DNA of 64,000 nt from Rhina ancylostomus. Lineage: Eukaryota. A program made the position numbers and the translations under genes. The notes below the pieces were generated by a model. It was not told where the DNA came from. It saw only the letters and a program-made list of their open reading frames with translations, and did not search any database. The stretch is from positions 35,531,300 to 35,595,299 of the forward strand of contig JARFYF010000112.1 in assembly GCA_030265395.1 (NCBI GenBank). Reading direction: 5' to 3'. Positions 13,540-26,400 of the stretch are shown here, one piece after another. Position 1 is the stretch's first letter. Every line of letters starts with the position of its first letter.

Positions 13540-14400
13540 CTAATCAGATTGTCAATCAGTAACCAGTGGAGTGCCAAGGGGATCATTGTTGTGCCTCACT
13601 ATTTGCAATCTAAGTTTACTGACTTGGAGGAAGGGACCTCATATACAATGGGTGGGTTTGAAAGTGTGAGGAGAAGATAGAGTGTGCAAAGGGATATATA
13701 TAGATAGTTTAACTGACAGGGCAAGACATTAACAAATGGAATATAACGTGGGAGAATATGGTTATGTCTAGGAAAACGTGGAAGGAAGATTAGAAAAGCA
13801 AATTATAGTTTCACTCTGTTTACATAATAAAATGTGGTCCAAAGGGATCTGAAGCTCCTCATAGTTAAAACACAAAGGTTAATGTGGCGATACGATAAGT
13901 AATGAGGAAGGCTAATGGAATGTTGGGTTTCATTGTAAGGGGTATGAAATGTAAAAGTGGAAAGTTTTGATGCAAATTTATAAGGCATTAATGACACAGC
14001 ACCTAGTTTCAGTCCCCACATTTAAGGATTGATATCCTTGTTCTGGATCCAGTGCAGAGAAGGTTCACATTAAAACTAGAATATGTTCCAATCTCTACAG
14101 AAAGCACTCGTAGGGAGGATTGTTTCAGAATAAAGGGTTGCCAATTTAACATAGAGATGGGGAGGAATTTCATTGAGGATCATGGCTATGTGGAATTCTC
14201 TACCCAGAGAGGTGTAGAGGCAGAGACATTGAGTATGCTCAAGGCAGAGACTGACAGACATTTTACTACAAGGGAATCAAAGATATAGGGAGAGCGCAAG
14301 AAAGTGGTGTTAAGACCAAGATTTGTTCAGCAGTGATGTGATCTAACTGAATGACTAAGCAGTCTCGTGAGCAGACTGGCCTTGATCCTGTTTCTTGTGT
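13540..14400 (+). mobile_element. CR1-type LINE, RT to 3' end, degenerate
   Basis: accagtggagtgccaaggggatca (SGVPQGS-like), gtgcagagaaggttcac (QRRFT), tggaattctctacccag (WNSLP). Confidence 0.8.
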
Positions 14401-17048
14401 CCTTCTGTTTTTTAAAAAAAAAGCTTTTCAGCCTCATCAGTTGAAACTTCTTAGGTATTTTGAAATCAGATATTTTACCCTAGTGGGGTAGCACTGCAAA
14501 ACTGGTACACTACACTGTACAATTGGTTGGGCACAAATTTCGTTCTGCAGTTTTGCAATTTCCTTTGAGAGAAAAGTAAAGCTTATCTGAGGTTAGCTGA
14601 AAATGGCAACCAAAATTCACTTTCCATTTTGTACTTCTGCCCCACTGAAACACAATAGTTAATTACAGGATTGTCATTGTGGCCCTTTACCTTGTAATGT
14701 GCACAAATTTGCAGCTTGTATTATTTTCAGATGCAGATATATTGGTGCTGTGGGATACTGTAGGGAGTCGTGCCGTGATGGATGGAGAAAGATATTCCAT
14801 TAGTGCTTTATAACAGGATAGCACATTGGTGATTGGTGTACCAGTGGCTTTTGTGCTTACCTTCTTAATTACTGGTGTCTTTAACAGAGACTGGGACAAT
14901 TTGTGGTTTTAATTTTTAACGCACTAGCATCGCTAACCACGTGAATGGGATCATGATCCAGCTGTGCAAGTGACTTGGTACTATGTAACTAGCACCTTTA
15001 AATGTTGTAAACCTGGATACCCACAGCTGGTGTTTCTTCAACTGAAGCTCTCATAAGAAAAACAGGTTTCAATGCTGACAAAATAACAACCCTTGACACT
15101 TGCCCAAGGCAGAAATATGCTGAGACAAGTAAAAGGTAAGGTGGTTATGTCTGGTCACATTTAACTTANNNNNNNNNNNNNNNNNNNNNNNNNNNNNNNN
15201 NNNNNNNNNNNNNNNNNNNNNNNNNNNNNNNNNNNNNNNNNNNNNNNNNNNNNNNNNNNNNNNNNNNNCTGGTCACATTTAACTTAGCAATATGGTCTCC
15301 AAGGGAAGCAATTATTGTGCTGCTCATTTGTGAGTTGAGAAAGGGTGTCCTATTGAGAAATTGTTCCTTCTCGTTGTGGAGAGCCGTGTCCTCACAAAGT
15401 TTCATGAACTTCTTTTTCCACTGTTTGTTTTGCTGCAACTTCATGTGCTTTCTGCTCATTCTATTGTAAAAACTGTTTTCCAAACTTGCTGCTCTGCTTC
15501 AGGCACTCTGGCAGTTTCCTTGAGTATTTTGTGACATTCCAGTGATTCTTTTACTCTCTTCTTCCCCCCCCCCCCCTTTATTGTCAATGCCTTTGATTTT
15601 AAGGCAATAAGGCAGTAGCATGGGATTTGGATAAAGGCTTACTACTGGTTGTTTTACAATGGGAACCCTGTCTCTTAACTGTTACTCAAGCATGCGGATG
15701 GCCAACGTGCATGGGAGCCTTGCCTTACCCTACTCAAGCTCTGTGGACACCACTGAGTTAGTAGGCTGACTTGGCACAGACCAGGGGTTATTGACTGAAT
15801 TTGGCTGTTAAGTCCTTGCTGGAATTTTTGACTGGAGGGCAAAAAACTGAGCAAGGGAATGTCTTATTACTACTTTCAAAGTTAAGCTGTTCCAATTTTG
15901 TTCCCTCTAACAATTCTGGGCAGGTTTGATATTTACCTAATGTAAGTTGTATCCTTTTTTGGAACAAATAGTAATTAGCTATGAATACTTTCCCACATCC
16001 TCGGTGCAGATTTATGAGCAGCAACAACTTCCTGGTACCTAAGTGATCAATCATCTGGTCAATTTTTAGGCAATTGGTGAGAGATGGATAAATACCAGAG
16101 TAATGCTCATGATATCCAGGTGTGTGCTTCTCAGCACAGAAAGTCACTTTGGAAATATGTTCCAACCATTCTCTACCTGAAGCTGTAATTGTGCATGCAG
16201 ATTGCTCAGAGGGCCAAAATTGCACTGGTCAAAATCACCAATTTACCTTGTAACTGTAAGCACAAGTTATTCCTACTCACCCCTGGTGCATCCAATATTA
16301 ATCACAGTCTTGTCATCGGTCTGTCCTCTGTGATCTTTTGTTGTAATTTTTATCCCATGGTTCCTAATGTACATTAATGTACAGTATGCCATTCTGGCTC
16401 TTTGCTCTTGTGTTCAGGTCACGGCAGATCTTCTGCTTCATCTGGTTTCCTGCCCTATTCACAGTGGAGATTCATAACCTTAGAAGGGAAGAAGTTTCTC
16501 TTCCTCTCAGTCCCAATGACCAACTACTTATTCTGAGCCTGGGACCCCCTCAGTTAGACACTTCCAGCATCCACACTGAAAGCATTATAGAACTTAGTTT
16601 CAAACAGATTTCGTGTCATTCTTATCTTTAGGGATAATAAACCTAGTCTATTTCTTCATACTTCAAGTAGCACAGTGATTAAGTTACTGGGCTAGTGAAT
16701 ATAGAGCCTGGACCAGGGTTCCATAACGCAAATAATAAGAAATTTATTATAATTTTTTTTGTGAAAAGCACGTTAAGTTGCCATGTGCGTAATCCCAATT
16801 CACACAGGATCAGTTCAATAATTAATTGATCCTGTGTGAATTGGGATAAGACGGAGCTAGTATTTTCCAAATAAGTGGCAAACAACTTTGCAAGGTAGGC
16901 TGGATTTACAATACAAAACACTTCTGAGAACCACTCAAAACAAACACATTTTGTTATAACTGTATTCAATCAGTTACTGGTCTTTCGAATCATGTTGAAA
17001 TACTCAAATGCTACTAGTCTCGCAGCTCCATTCATCTTCTACCTTTCC

Positions 17049-17200
17049 AGACATGTGCCTACTGGTACTGTACCCTAGTGTTAAACAGTGACAGGCCTTG
17101 TACTACGCTGATATTTTACAAATAAACTAGTCCCATCAGTACTCATCAGTGTTATACAGTGATGAACATGTCCCCACCAGTAATATACTCGAGTATTATA
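17049..17200. repeat. Degenerate minisatellite, unit about 40-43 bp, about 4 copies
   Basis: Recurring ccc(a)ccagta..taccc.agtgttatacagtga..acatgt. Confidence 0.6.
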
Positions 17201-17709
17201 TGCACACTGTTTTGTATATGGAGACCCCTGTGGCCATCCCATCCTTGCAGTATGCTTGTGACTAGACTGCATGTGGACTTAGATCTGTCCTTGGACCGGT
17301 ATAGTCCAAGAATCTCTGGTCCGTGGCATGGGTCCAGCATTAAGCCAAAGCATGGGTACTATTGAATCCTACTTCCTGTTTGCAGCTGCAGCTCCTATGG
17401 GGCTTCTCATCATCCACAAATTTAGAAAGAAACATGGTAAAATAGAAGCAGGAGGAGGCAATTTAACCTTTTGAATCTTCTCCCCTATTAGGTACAATTA
17501 TGACTGATCCTCTATCTCAATATGTTATTCCTGCTCTTTCCCCATTCCCTTGATACACTTTTAAGGAATTAAGAGATATCCTGTGGATTCCCAGGAACCA
17601 TTGGCAAGGCTATGGCCAGGGCAGGTAGCATGGTGATTGGACAAAACTGGATCCTGTGGAACTACAGGAACAATATTGGGAGCCTGCCAGAGGTGCTTAA
17701 AGAGCTGCA

Positions 17710-17890
17710 TGTGGCTCTGGTGCTGTGAATGCCTAAACTGATAATTCAGAGTCATGGGTTCAAATCCCAAAATTTCAATTGAGTTAATCAAACTCTGGAA
17801 TAAAAAGTTCCAGTCAGTGATAGTGACAATGAAATTGTCAGATTCTTGTAAAAACCAAAGCACTTCACTAATGTTTTTAAGAAGAGGAAA
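17710..17890 (+). mobile_element. tRNA-derived SINE, partial
   Basis: B-box gggttcaaatccc; body matches 23160-23475 (ctggaataaaaag...cagt.atga...cactaatg..ttaag..aggaaa). Confidence 0.65.
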
Positions 17891-20800
17891 GTTGTGGCTT
17901 TGGAGACAAGAGACTGCAGATGCTTAATCTGGAACAAATAATCTGTGGTCAAGTAGCATCTGTGGAGNNNNNNNNNNNNNNNNNNNNNNNNNNNNNNNNN
18001 NNNNNNNNNNNNNNNNNNNNNNNNNNNNNNNNNNNNNNNNNNNNNNNNNNNNNNNNNNNNNNNNNNNNNNNNNNNNNNNNNNNNNNNNNNNNNNNNNNNN
18101 NNATGTGCTGGGCTTACTAGCAATTCCCCACACCCTGTGAATAAGTAACCCCTCTTTCCATCTCGCTTCTGAAGAATTGGCATTCTTCTGTTAATGTGAC
18201 CAAAGCTGCACTATTGTTGTATGTATGGTTTCATGAAGAATGTATATAAATTGCATGAAATTATTTGCATGCCAGTCCCCTCATTGTAAAGGTCACAGAT
18301 CAGCCACTATCTCACTTTACGGTTCAAATAGGCTCTCACAATGCTAAATAGTCTACTCCCATTTGTTGAATTCTTTATTCTATATTGTAATAAAGCAAAA
18401 TGTCCTTGGTGGTGTGGAGGCTTGTGTTGGCCAGCCCCTTATTGCCCTTCCTGCTGCCAGCTATGAGCATCCACCGTCCCTTGTGGTATGCTGTGTAGAT
18501 GTAGTTATTTTGAAAATTAGATGGTACTGAAATTGGTTTTTAAAATTTTCAGCTCATAGGAGAAAAGCTGAATACCATAGTACACAGATAGGGAATGATT
18601 TTATGATTGAACTTCAACACTGAATATGCAGAAATGTGTTGTGCAATATCGGAGAGATCAAAGAGAACAGGTTAAAGTTGCTAAGGTTACCTTTGAGAAA
18701 GTGAGTTGCTTTTTGTTTATTAATCAGTATTTTAATTAAAATTCAGCATTGTTTTTAAAAAAATTTCTGTAAACATCTGTTGAAGCAGAGGAACATGTGA
18801 ATAAAGGCAGAGGAAACTTGGCAGACAGGAAGCTTTTTGTTCAGAGGATCTATGTTAGAACATTTTTGTTTTACTTAATTTGCCTTTACTTCTTGATTTG
18901 AGTTTATCAAACCGGATTGCAGTGTTGCAAGCACAGAACATTGCATTCCAAATGTTATTCTTGCAGAACTTGGTTTTATTTAAAATAAGCTTTCAACATT
19001 CTGAAAGGAAATAATGTGTAGCCATTGTTTTTGCATTCTGGAGGTCCTGTGGTTACTATAGCTGAAGCAAAGACTAAAGATGTGAATGAACCCACTTCTC
19101 CATTCTTAAAGCTCTGAGAGGTATCAGTTACTACTGCAGGAAACCACAGTTTGCCTAACCTGGTTGTTAACCAAATATGCTGCAGCCTCAGCTGCTCCTG
19201 TTTACCGTAGTTACACAGTAACTTAGCCTTTTGTCTGGAGTACAGCATTTGTTAAGCTAGAGTTTCATCTGCAGTTTATCCACATCCTGCTCAGAATCGA
19301 TGCGTACTTTTGATTTGTATACAAACCATGTAAAAATAATGAATCCTCTCCCTTGGTCGCCAGCGTTACAAAGCTCTATGTTGAGAAATAAATGCAAGTC
19401 CAACAGAGTCATTTTACCAATAGAGTCATTTTACTATCCAAACTGAACTTCTACATATAATGTCTATGAGCAGCACTGGAGAGCAGTGATGGCTGGAAAT
19501 TCAGGCCAATCTCCCATTTCCTTTCATAGAGTTACTTCATAATAATCCTACTGTTGCACTGACAGATTGGATTCTATATGTAGAATGTTGCTTTCTACTC
19601 TGTGGTTGTTGCACATTGCCATCAACTTGCCAATCAGGAAGCTACTGTGAGCATTTTTCAGAAAAATAGTTTCTGTAACTTGTGAATGTGCATAAGAATA
19701 ATTCAGAATTTGCAAGTATATTTTGTATTTGTTGATTAGTGCAACATTTTTAATGGAGCTATCATTATTTCTAATTTGTTGAAATTCCAAACTGAAAGAA
19801 ATTGAACTTGAATTAAAATGTAGCTTCCCCTACCCACGGTGTAACTTGTAATTGTTTATGATCTATCTTCTATCATTGAAGAAAGCCGCAGCTTATGGCC
19901 CCACACTATTTTTCCACCACTTCCTCTACAGTTTTACATTTAATAAAGTGGCAGCTTTGTACTGCCTACAGAATTATACATTAAGACTGTTAACATCGAA
20001 CTTTAATTGCTTAATTCATTTAGAATCTTTCCATTAGGTAATACATCTTTATGGTAGGAATGTCTAATTTATTACTTTTATGATGAAGGGATAGGCCATT
20101 ATTTTACTTCTTTTTTGAGTGTCTTCGGATCTTGGAAATCCAGAACCTTGGATCCAAATCCAAAGACTTATTTCTACCAGACTCAAAATTCTGCAGTACT
20201 GTAGCATTATCGATCTGCTTAAGAAGTTATGCCTGTTTTCATCTCACTCTAGCAGATGTCACACCATTGTCTTGTTTTGCCACCTCTGGGTATTAATTTA
20301 ATCACATTCCTACAATGCCTGGAAATATTTTATGCAGCTATTTTTAGCATTACTTGTCTTGAGTGTCTCCAATTGCTGGATAATACCGAAGTACTTCCAA
20401 ATCTAGTTGCCCCATACATAATGACTATCTTTGCATAGGTTCCTACTTTAACCATCTCTTCAATGGTGAGAGTGACACAGATATTTTTTCCCATATCTCC
20501 ACAGATCTGGAAAGCACAAACAATTTGGAGATCTAGGTTGCGCTGATGGATCCTCTTTGGTTGTGGTTCTTCTGTGGATTCTCAATGTAGTGAGAATAGT
20601 TTGTAATATCATTCAAATGATCCTAAAATGGTTGCTTTTGGAAAATGAAATGAAACATCACTGTTGCAATAGATGATGGAAGGTATGGGTTTTGATGGTG
20701 GCAGTTGTACTCAATTTGGTTTTGATATTCCTGCTCAAAAGTTTGTCATTAACAATCTGTCCTTTTATGACATTGTGGATTGCTAGGGAATGAAACATCT

Positions 20801-21314
20801 GTTATCCGGATCTGGAAGATAAAAAGAAAGAAACACAGATCTGAAATAAAACTAATATTGTTTCTCTTGGCTAGTGAACATGCAACTGGGTGGCATTGTC
20901 TTAGTAAAATTGATTTGGTGCATAGGCAAGAGGTCTAGAGAAATTTCTTCATTTAAAGGGTTGTAAATCTTTGGGATTCTCTAGCCTAGAGGTCTGTGGC
21001 TGCACGTATGTTGGAGGAAAATAGCAGCCATGATCTTATTGTTGACAGAGCAGATTTGAGGGACTGTAAGACCGATCTCATTCATTTGCTTTCTTGGGAA
21101 AGTGCGCAACAAGTTCACAACAATGATAAGAAATTCATCCCGCCTGAAGCTTCTCCCTGACTGTTGATTAACCTGGTGTCCATTTCCTGATTGCTTCCAT
21201 GGATGTTACCTTTGTGCTCAAGGGCAAATTATACAGAACACTTTTTTTGCTAGTGCTTGTAATCTGGGAAATTAAAGGTAAATATATTTTGAGTGATGAA
21301 TTACTGCTGTGCAT

Positions 21315-21765
21315 AGAAAATTATAAAACGTAAACAGGCCTTTCTGCCCATTTTGTCCATATTGATTGAAAAAGAATTATCTAGCCTAATACAACATAGG
21401 ATCCATAGCCCTGCATATCATAGTTCTTCAAGCACATAACCCAGCATTTTTAACTGTGATGAGGATATTTTCTTTTTCAGGCATGAATTCTAAAGTATTA
21501 CCACCCTCTGGGTGAAAATTCTTTCACCTTACCTCCTCTCTGATCCTATTGCTAATTATTCAGATCTGTGTTTCTAGTTTTTAACCCATTGGCTAAAGGA
21601 AATAAATTCTTCCTATTTACTTTTTTTAGACCCCTCATTGTTTAAAAGACCTCACTTAGGCTCTTCTGCTGCCTCTGTTCTGAAAGAAACAAGTCCTGCG
21701 TATCCTTTCTTTTCTCTCTTCAAAACTTTCCAATCCCAGCAGCATCCTTGTAAATCCCCTCTGAA
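21315..21765 (-). mobile_element. CR1-type LINE 3' end
   Basis: aaacaggcctttctgccca tail complement; accaccctctgggtgaaaa; cagcatccttgtaaatcccctctg. Confidence 0.7.
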
Positions 21766-21982
21766 CAGTATGGATTTTTACCATCACACAAATGACTGAA
21801 ATTTTCCACGATTAAAAGAGTGAAGGTCAAATGCACTGAAGTTAGACCAATGCATAACTAACTTTAGGAAGTTTAAGGTTTGTACTTTTAGGAGGTTCAA
21901 CAACTGTAGATTGTTTCTATACTACATGATAATTAATTTTTAAGAGATTTGTTGCTGTACATACTTAGCTCGAGTTTGTTAT

Positions 21983-22135
21983 AATAAAAACAGAAAATAT
22001 TGGAAATATTCAACAGGTTAGGTTGATAATCTGAAACATTAACTCTTTCCCTCCACAGATGTTGCTTGACCTGCTGAATATTTCCAGAATTTTATTTTTA
22101 TTTCAAATTTCCAGTATTTGCTGCATTTTTGTTTG
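21983..22135. mobile_element. Palindromic element (same family as 12053)
   Basis: aataaaaacagaaaatattggaaatattcaacaggtta vs tgacctgctgaatatttccagaatttttatttttatt. Confidence 0.75.
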
Positions 22136-22680
22136 CATTTTGTATACTTTGTTTTAGCTTCAATGTGAGGGTTAATATTTCAGTAAGCATTTTAACTGTA
22201 CGAATTATGTTACTCATTTGTGTTTGAGTAAGATGTCAGTGTTCTATTTTTATCTGCAAGACTTCCAATTTGGATAATTGCACTCTCTGCTGTACATGTA
22301 CTAAATACAAAAGATTACTTTTGGTAAGCAAATGATTGTCTTCCCATTAAGGGGAACCAATGCTTTAATTTATTTATGGGGGTTTCGGGGTCACTAGCAA
22401 GACTAGCGCATTTGACAATCTCTAATTACCCTTGAGAATGTCATGGTGAGCCGCTGTCATGAAATACTGTAATTTATCTGGTGAATGTATTCCTCCAGTG
22501 TTGTTTGCATAGTGTGTTCCAGGATTTAGTCCTAGCAAAGATGAACAAAAAGAAATATATATCTCCAAGAAGGAAGGTGTGTGACTGAGAAGAGTACACA
22601 CAGATGGTTGAGTTCCGATATGCCTTTTGCTCTTTTCTTCTAGGAAGTGGAGGCAGTGTTTGGGATATGCAGGCTAAGTA

Positions 22681-23154
22681 CAGGGCTCCCAGGTTATGGA
22701 AGACCTGATTGATGAGAAAGTTAGTTACAGAAATGCAAATATCTCCAGAAGTTTATGGAATAGGGTTAATTCAAAAGACAATCAGTCTTTAAAAAAACCT
22801 GTTTACATGTAACCTTCCCACAGTGGTTGAACAAGTATATTGTTTTTTAAGAACACAGCTGCCAGTTCACAGGGGGAGGCCACTTAAAGTTGCTTTGGAA
22901 ACTGACAAGACAAATCTCTTTTTATTAACACTTGTAAAGTACTTTATCAAACAAAATAACATCCATTGAAATTTTAAACTAGCCATTGTACGTGGGACAT
23001 TCTGATTCTCTACCAATGTTACTACACAGGGGAAATCAATAAATAAATGTTCACGTGAATTGACCCTCATTGAAATTGTTTCTGACTTACCAGAAAAATC
23101 CGCTAACAGACATTTCTTGGGAATGGAACCTTTATGTAACCTGGGAAGTGCCTG
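22681..23154. mobile_element. Tc1/mariner (pogo/Tigger-like) MITE
   Basis: TA|cagggctcccaggtta ... taacctgggaagtgcctg|TA: imperfect TIRs with TA duplication. Confidence 0.75.
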
Positions 23155-23159
23155 TACTG

Positions 23160-23475
23160 CAGCATAGTGGTTAAGTTACAGTGACTTGTATCCAGAAACT
23201 TGTATCTTTGAATCAGAGACATGACTAAAGAGATCCACCGTGGTAACTGGGGACATCAAATTCAGGTAATGAAATCTGAATTAAAAAAAGCTGGTATCAG
23301 TAATGATGACTTTGAAAAATCCATTTATTTCCTCACTAATGATCTTAAGGGAAGGAAATCTGCCCTGGTCTACATAGGACTTTTGACCTACCAATGATTC
23401 TAAACAGTCTCCTGAGTTTGGGAAATTAGTGATTAGCAATAAATTTATTGTTCATATCCTGGGAAGGAATAAACA
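23160..23475 (+). mobile_element. tRNA-derived SINE
   Basis: A-box-like gcatagtggttaag at the 5' end; body as at 17710; A-rich tail. Confidence 0.65.
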
Positions 23476-26400
23476 TAAAAGGAAGTTTTGATGAGTGGCT
23501 GCACTTTTCCCAGCAGGTAAAATTTTATGGGAAGTCATATTCCTGAAGTGTCTTGAAATACTGTGGAGAAATTGGAAGATGAATAACTTGTTGTGGAATT
23601 TCCAACTTCAGAGCTGCTTGTGAAACTGCAGAGTCAATGTGGCTGGTCCAGCTAAATTTCTGGATAATGGTGACCCCCGGCCCTTGAGGTGTTTACAATG
23701 CTCATGAATGGTGATTTAGTCTATTGTTGGAGATGCTCATTCTCAGGTACTTGGGCATCACAAATGTTACTCACCAATTTTTAAGCCTGCCTGAATGTTG
23801 TTTGTGTTATGTGCAATCATATATTGCTTCACTTTGAGGGGTTGCAAATGGAATTGAATTCCCCACTTTGGACCTTATAATCAGGAAAACATCAGTGGTA
23901 AAGCAGCTGAAGATGGTTAGGCCAAGATGCTGCACTGAAGATATCCTGGGACAGAGATTTACTTTTAACAATTGCCACCTTTTATGATGTGGAATGTTTT
24001 CCCTTTGATTCCCATGATTTCAGTTTTACCACTGGCTAGTTTTGAAGCTCAGGTCTCCACACCAAGGATGCCCTCCATAATACTGTGCTAAATAGGATAG
24101 ATTCAGAACAGACATGACAGCTCAAAATGTGAATCAAAATAGGCCATCAACAGCAGAATTGTATTCACCACAATCTGTTGCCTCATGACTTTGTATAACC
24201 AAGAGACTAACTCTGGTTCATTGAGGAGAGAAGAAGACAATATAAGGATCAGCTCCAGAGATACCTAAAAATCAGATGCCAGAGCTGCAACGTGGAACCA
24301 TGTACTTACTAAAGAGCAAACACAGCATGCAAAAAGCATAACAAAACGATTTCTCCCAACCAGCGGGTCAGATCAAAACTCTGCTGTTGGGAGAAATCAT
24401 TTAGTTATGAATCTCAGTTGCGAATGGTGATGTCTAGTTATACTAGTGGTAGGAGAAGGTTTCAAGAATCCAGCATGAATGCCAGATACTGTGTGACAAA
24501 ATCTTTAGTCAGAATGCTGAGTAGATAAAACATTTTGGCTTCCTCGCGCCACCCACCTCCACCCCGCCAACCTCCATCTCCCCGCGCACCCCATCCCACA
24601 AGTAATGAGACTTTAAAAATCACATTTATCTTTTAAACTGATTTACCCTTCAATAAAATGATGACTTGTTTGTGCCTCAAATCCACTCGTATCTAATCAT
24701 GATATACTCTGATCTTCTTTGTTCAAATATCTATCTACCTTTATTATACTTGATTACAATCGCCCACAGCTATCTGAGATGGAGCTTTCCAGAGAGATAC
24801 AATCTTTTACATACAAATTCTCATTCCAGTTTACAGTGGCCAGCCATTTGTCTTGGGACTATATGTTACATTTGTACTTTGCACCAAGAAGGTCGACATT
24901 GGCATCTGCTCTTTGATGCCTCTGTAATCTTTTAAATCTTCATGAGGTCATCTCTCATTCTTCTAAACTCCAGGCCAAGCTTCCTCAATCACTCCTCATT
25001 GGGCCACCCCTTGTCCCAGAAAACCATCTTATAAATGTGCACTCTGCTGTCTCTTTCCTTGGGTAAAGAAATGAAGAGGACTCCAGATGTATCTCATCAG
25101 CAAAACTTATTATTGTTTTTGAATTTCTGCAATTATAGTGATATATTTTCTTGCTGTATTCTTTTTCAGTTAGTTACTTAACTTTTTCATATCTTATTAT
25201 GTCTGAAGAGAGATGTTTGAGCTGTAGAATCATACATTGTTAGGCCTTTAAACTGTAGTGACAACAGTTTAAGTTGAACTAGATAAAACGCTAACCGGAA
25301 GCTTGACCCATTTTTCTCTTGCTTACTACTGTAGGTATTAAAATACAATGTGATCTTTACAAAGAGCAGTTCATTAATGCTGTGTACTGTACTGGATAGT
25401 GTAAAATGTTGATGTATTTTCCTGTCTGCTTTGTTGCCTCATAGGTAATTGCATTTTGACTGGTGGCTCAGATTTTGCAGTCTTTAGGAATTAAATCTCT
25501 ACCGTAGCAAAGTGTGGTACAATGTATTATTTAAGCATTTTCATGGGAATTATGATTTTGCAGAACAAGGGTATTGTTAGCACTAATCTGTAAGAATTGA
25601 AATACAATTGCACAACCTTTCCATATCCCTGATGGTGCGTCATCGTGGTATGATGACCGTTGTTAATCTGTGATGCCTATAGCTAGGCTCCTAAACTTGA
25701 CAATTGCTTCACTAGTTTCTGGGTACTCAGTAACTTGAAGGGTAAGTTCTAAAAGTCACAATATTGAACTACCAATTTAGGGCAATGGTCTTGTGTAGTA
25801 TGGTTCAGGGGAAAAAGTAAAAGCAGGAAACTTTAAGAAGTCATCTCATTGTTAAAAGAAACTTGATTTTTAGTATTGTTTATTGGGTGAATAATATTCT
25901 CCTAAAATCAAAACCAAATTTAAGAATAAAAAGCGCTGCTAATGGCAAAAAGTAAGCTTCACTCTTCTAGAGATGCTCATACCTGCTTTTGCTTAGAGCC
26001 TCCAATACTCACCCTCATTACAATATGTGAGTTGGTTCGCAGTTCTGTAAGGTAATTGGAATATGAGGTGTCTGTTGAAGCTCAACCTGTAGACATATGA
26101 CTGCATTTCCAGTAGAAGTTGGTACATAGCGAGCAAAAAGCCTAACAGCACAAAACCAATTGCAGCTCCTCATTTCAACTCTTATTTGCTTAGTTTAGCT
26201 TGTGTTTGGGTCATTTTATTACAAACAACTTTTTATGTGCTGTTAGTATGGTTGTGGAAGTGATCANNNNNNNNNNATCAAAGGATAACTACATTAACCT
26301 TAAATGTTTTAAATTGTGTGCAATTTGTAAAGATTTAGGGATTAAATTTTGGCTGTTAAAAGGTTTTGCAGTAGCAAACATTTGCTTCTGTTGGAAAGTT

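Larger units (their letters stand above)
22370..24040 (-). mobile_element. CR1/L2-group LINE 3' portion interrupted by a MITE and a SINE
   Basis: ctaattacccttgagaatgtcatggtgagccgc is complementary to the tail at 30790-30890; continues after 23480 (gtccagctaaatttctggataatggtgaccccc). Confidence 0.6.

Noticed and set aside
15151-15290. Direct repeats flanking 100-N gaps (15169-15268, 38813-38912, 41960-42059, 54453-54552)
   Set aside because: The same sequence ends one contig and starts the next around fixed-size gaps: scaffolding overlap artefacts, not duplications
15788-16225. 145-aa minus-strand ORF, and similar 130-150-aa ORFs at 26289, 46109, 58497 and 59383
   Set aside because: No recognisable domain or splice structure; intronic, low-information composition
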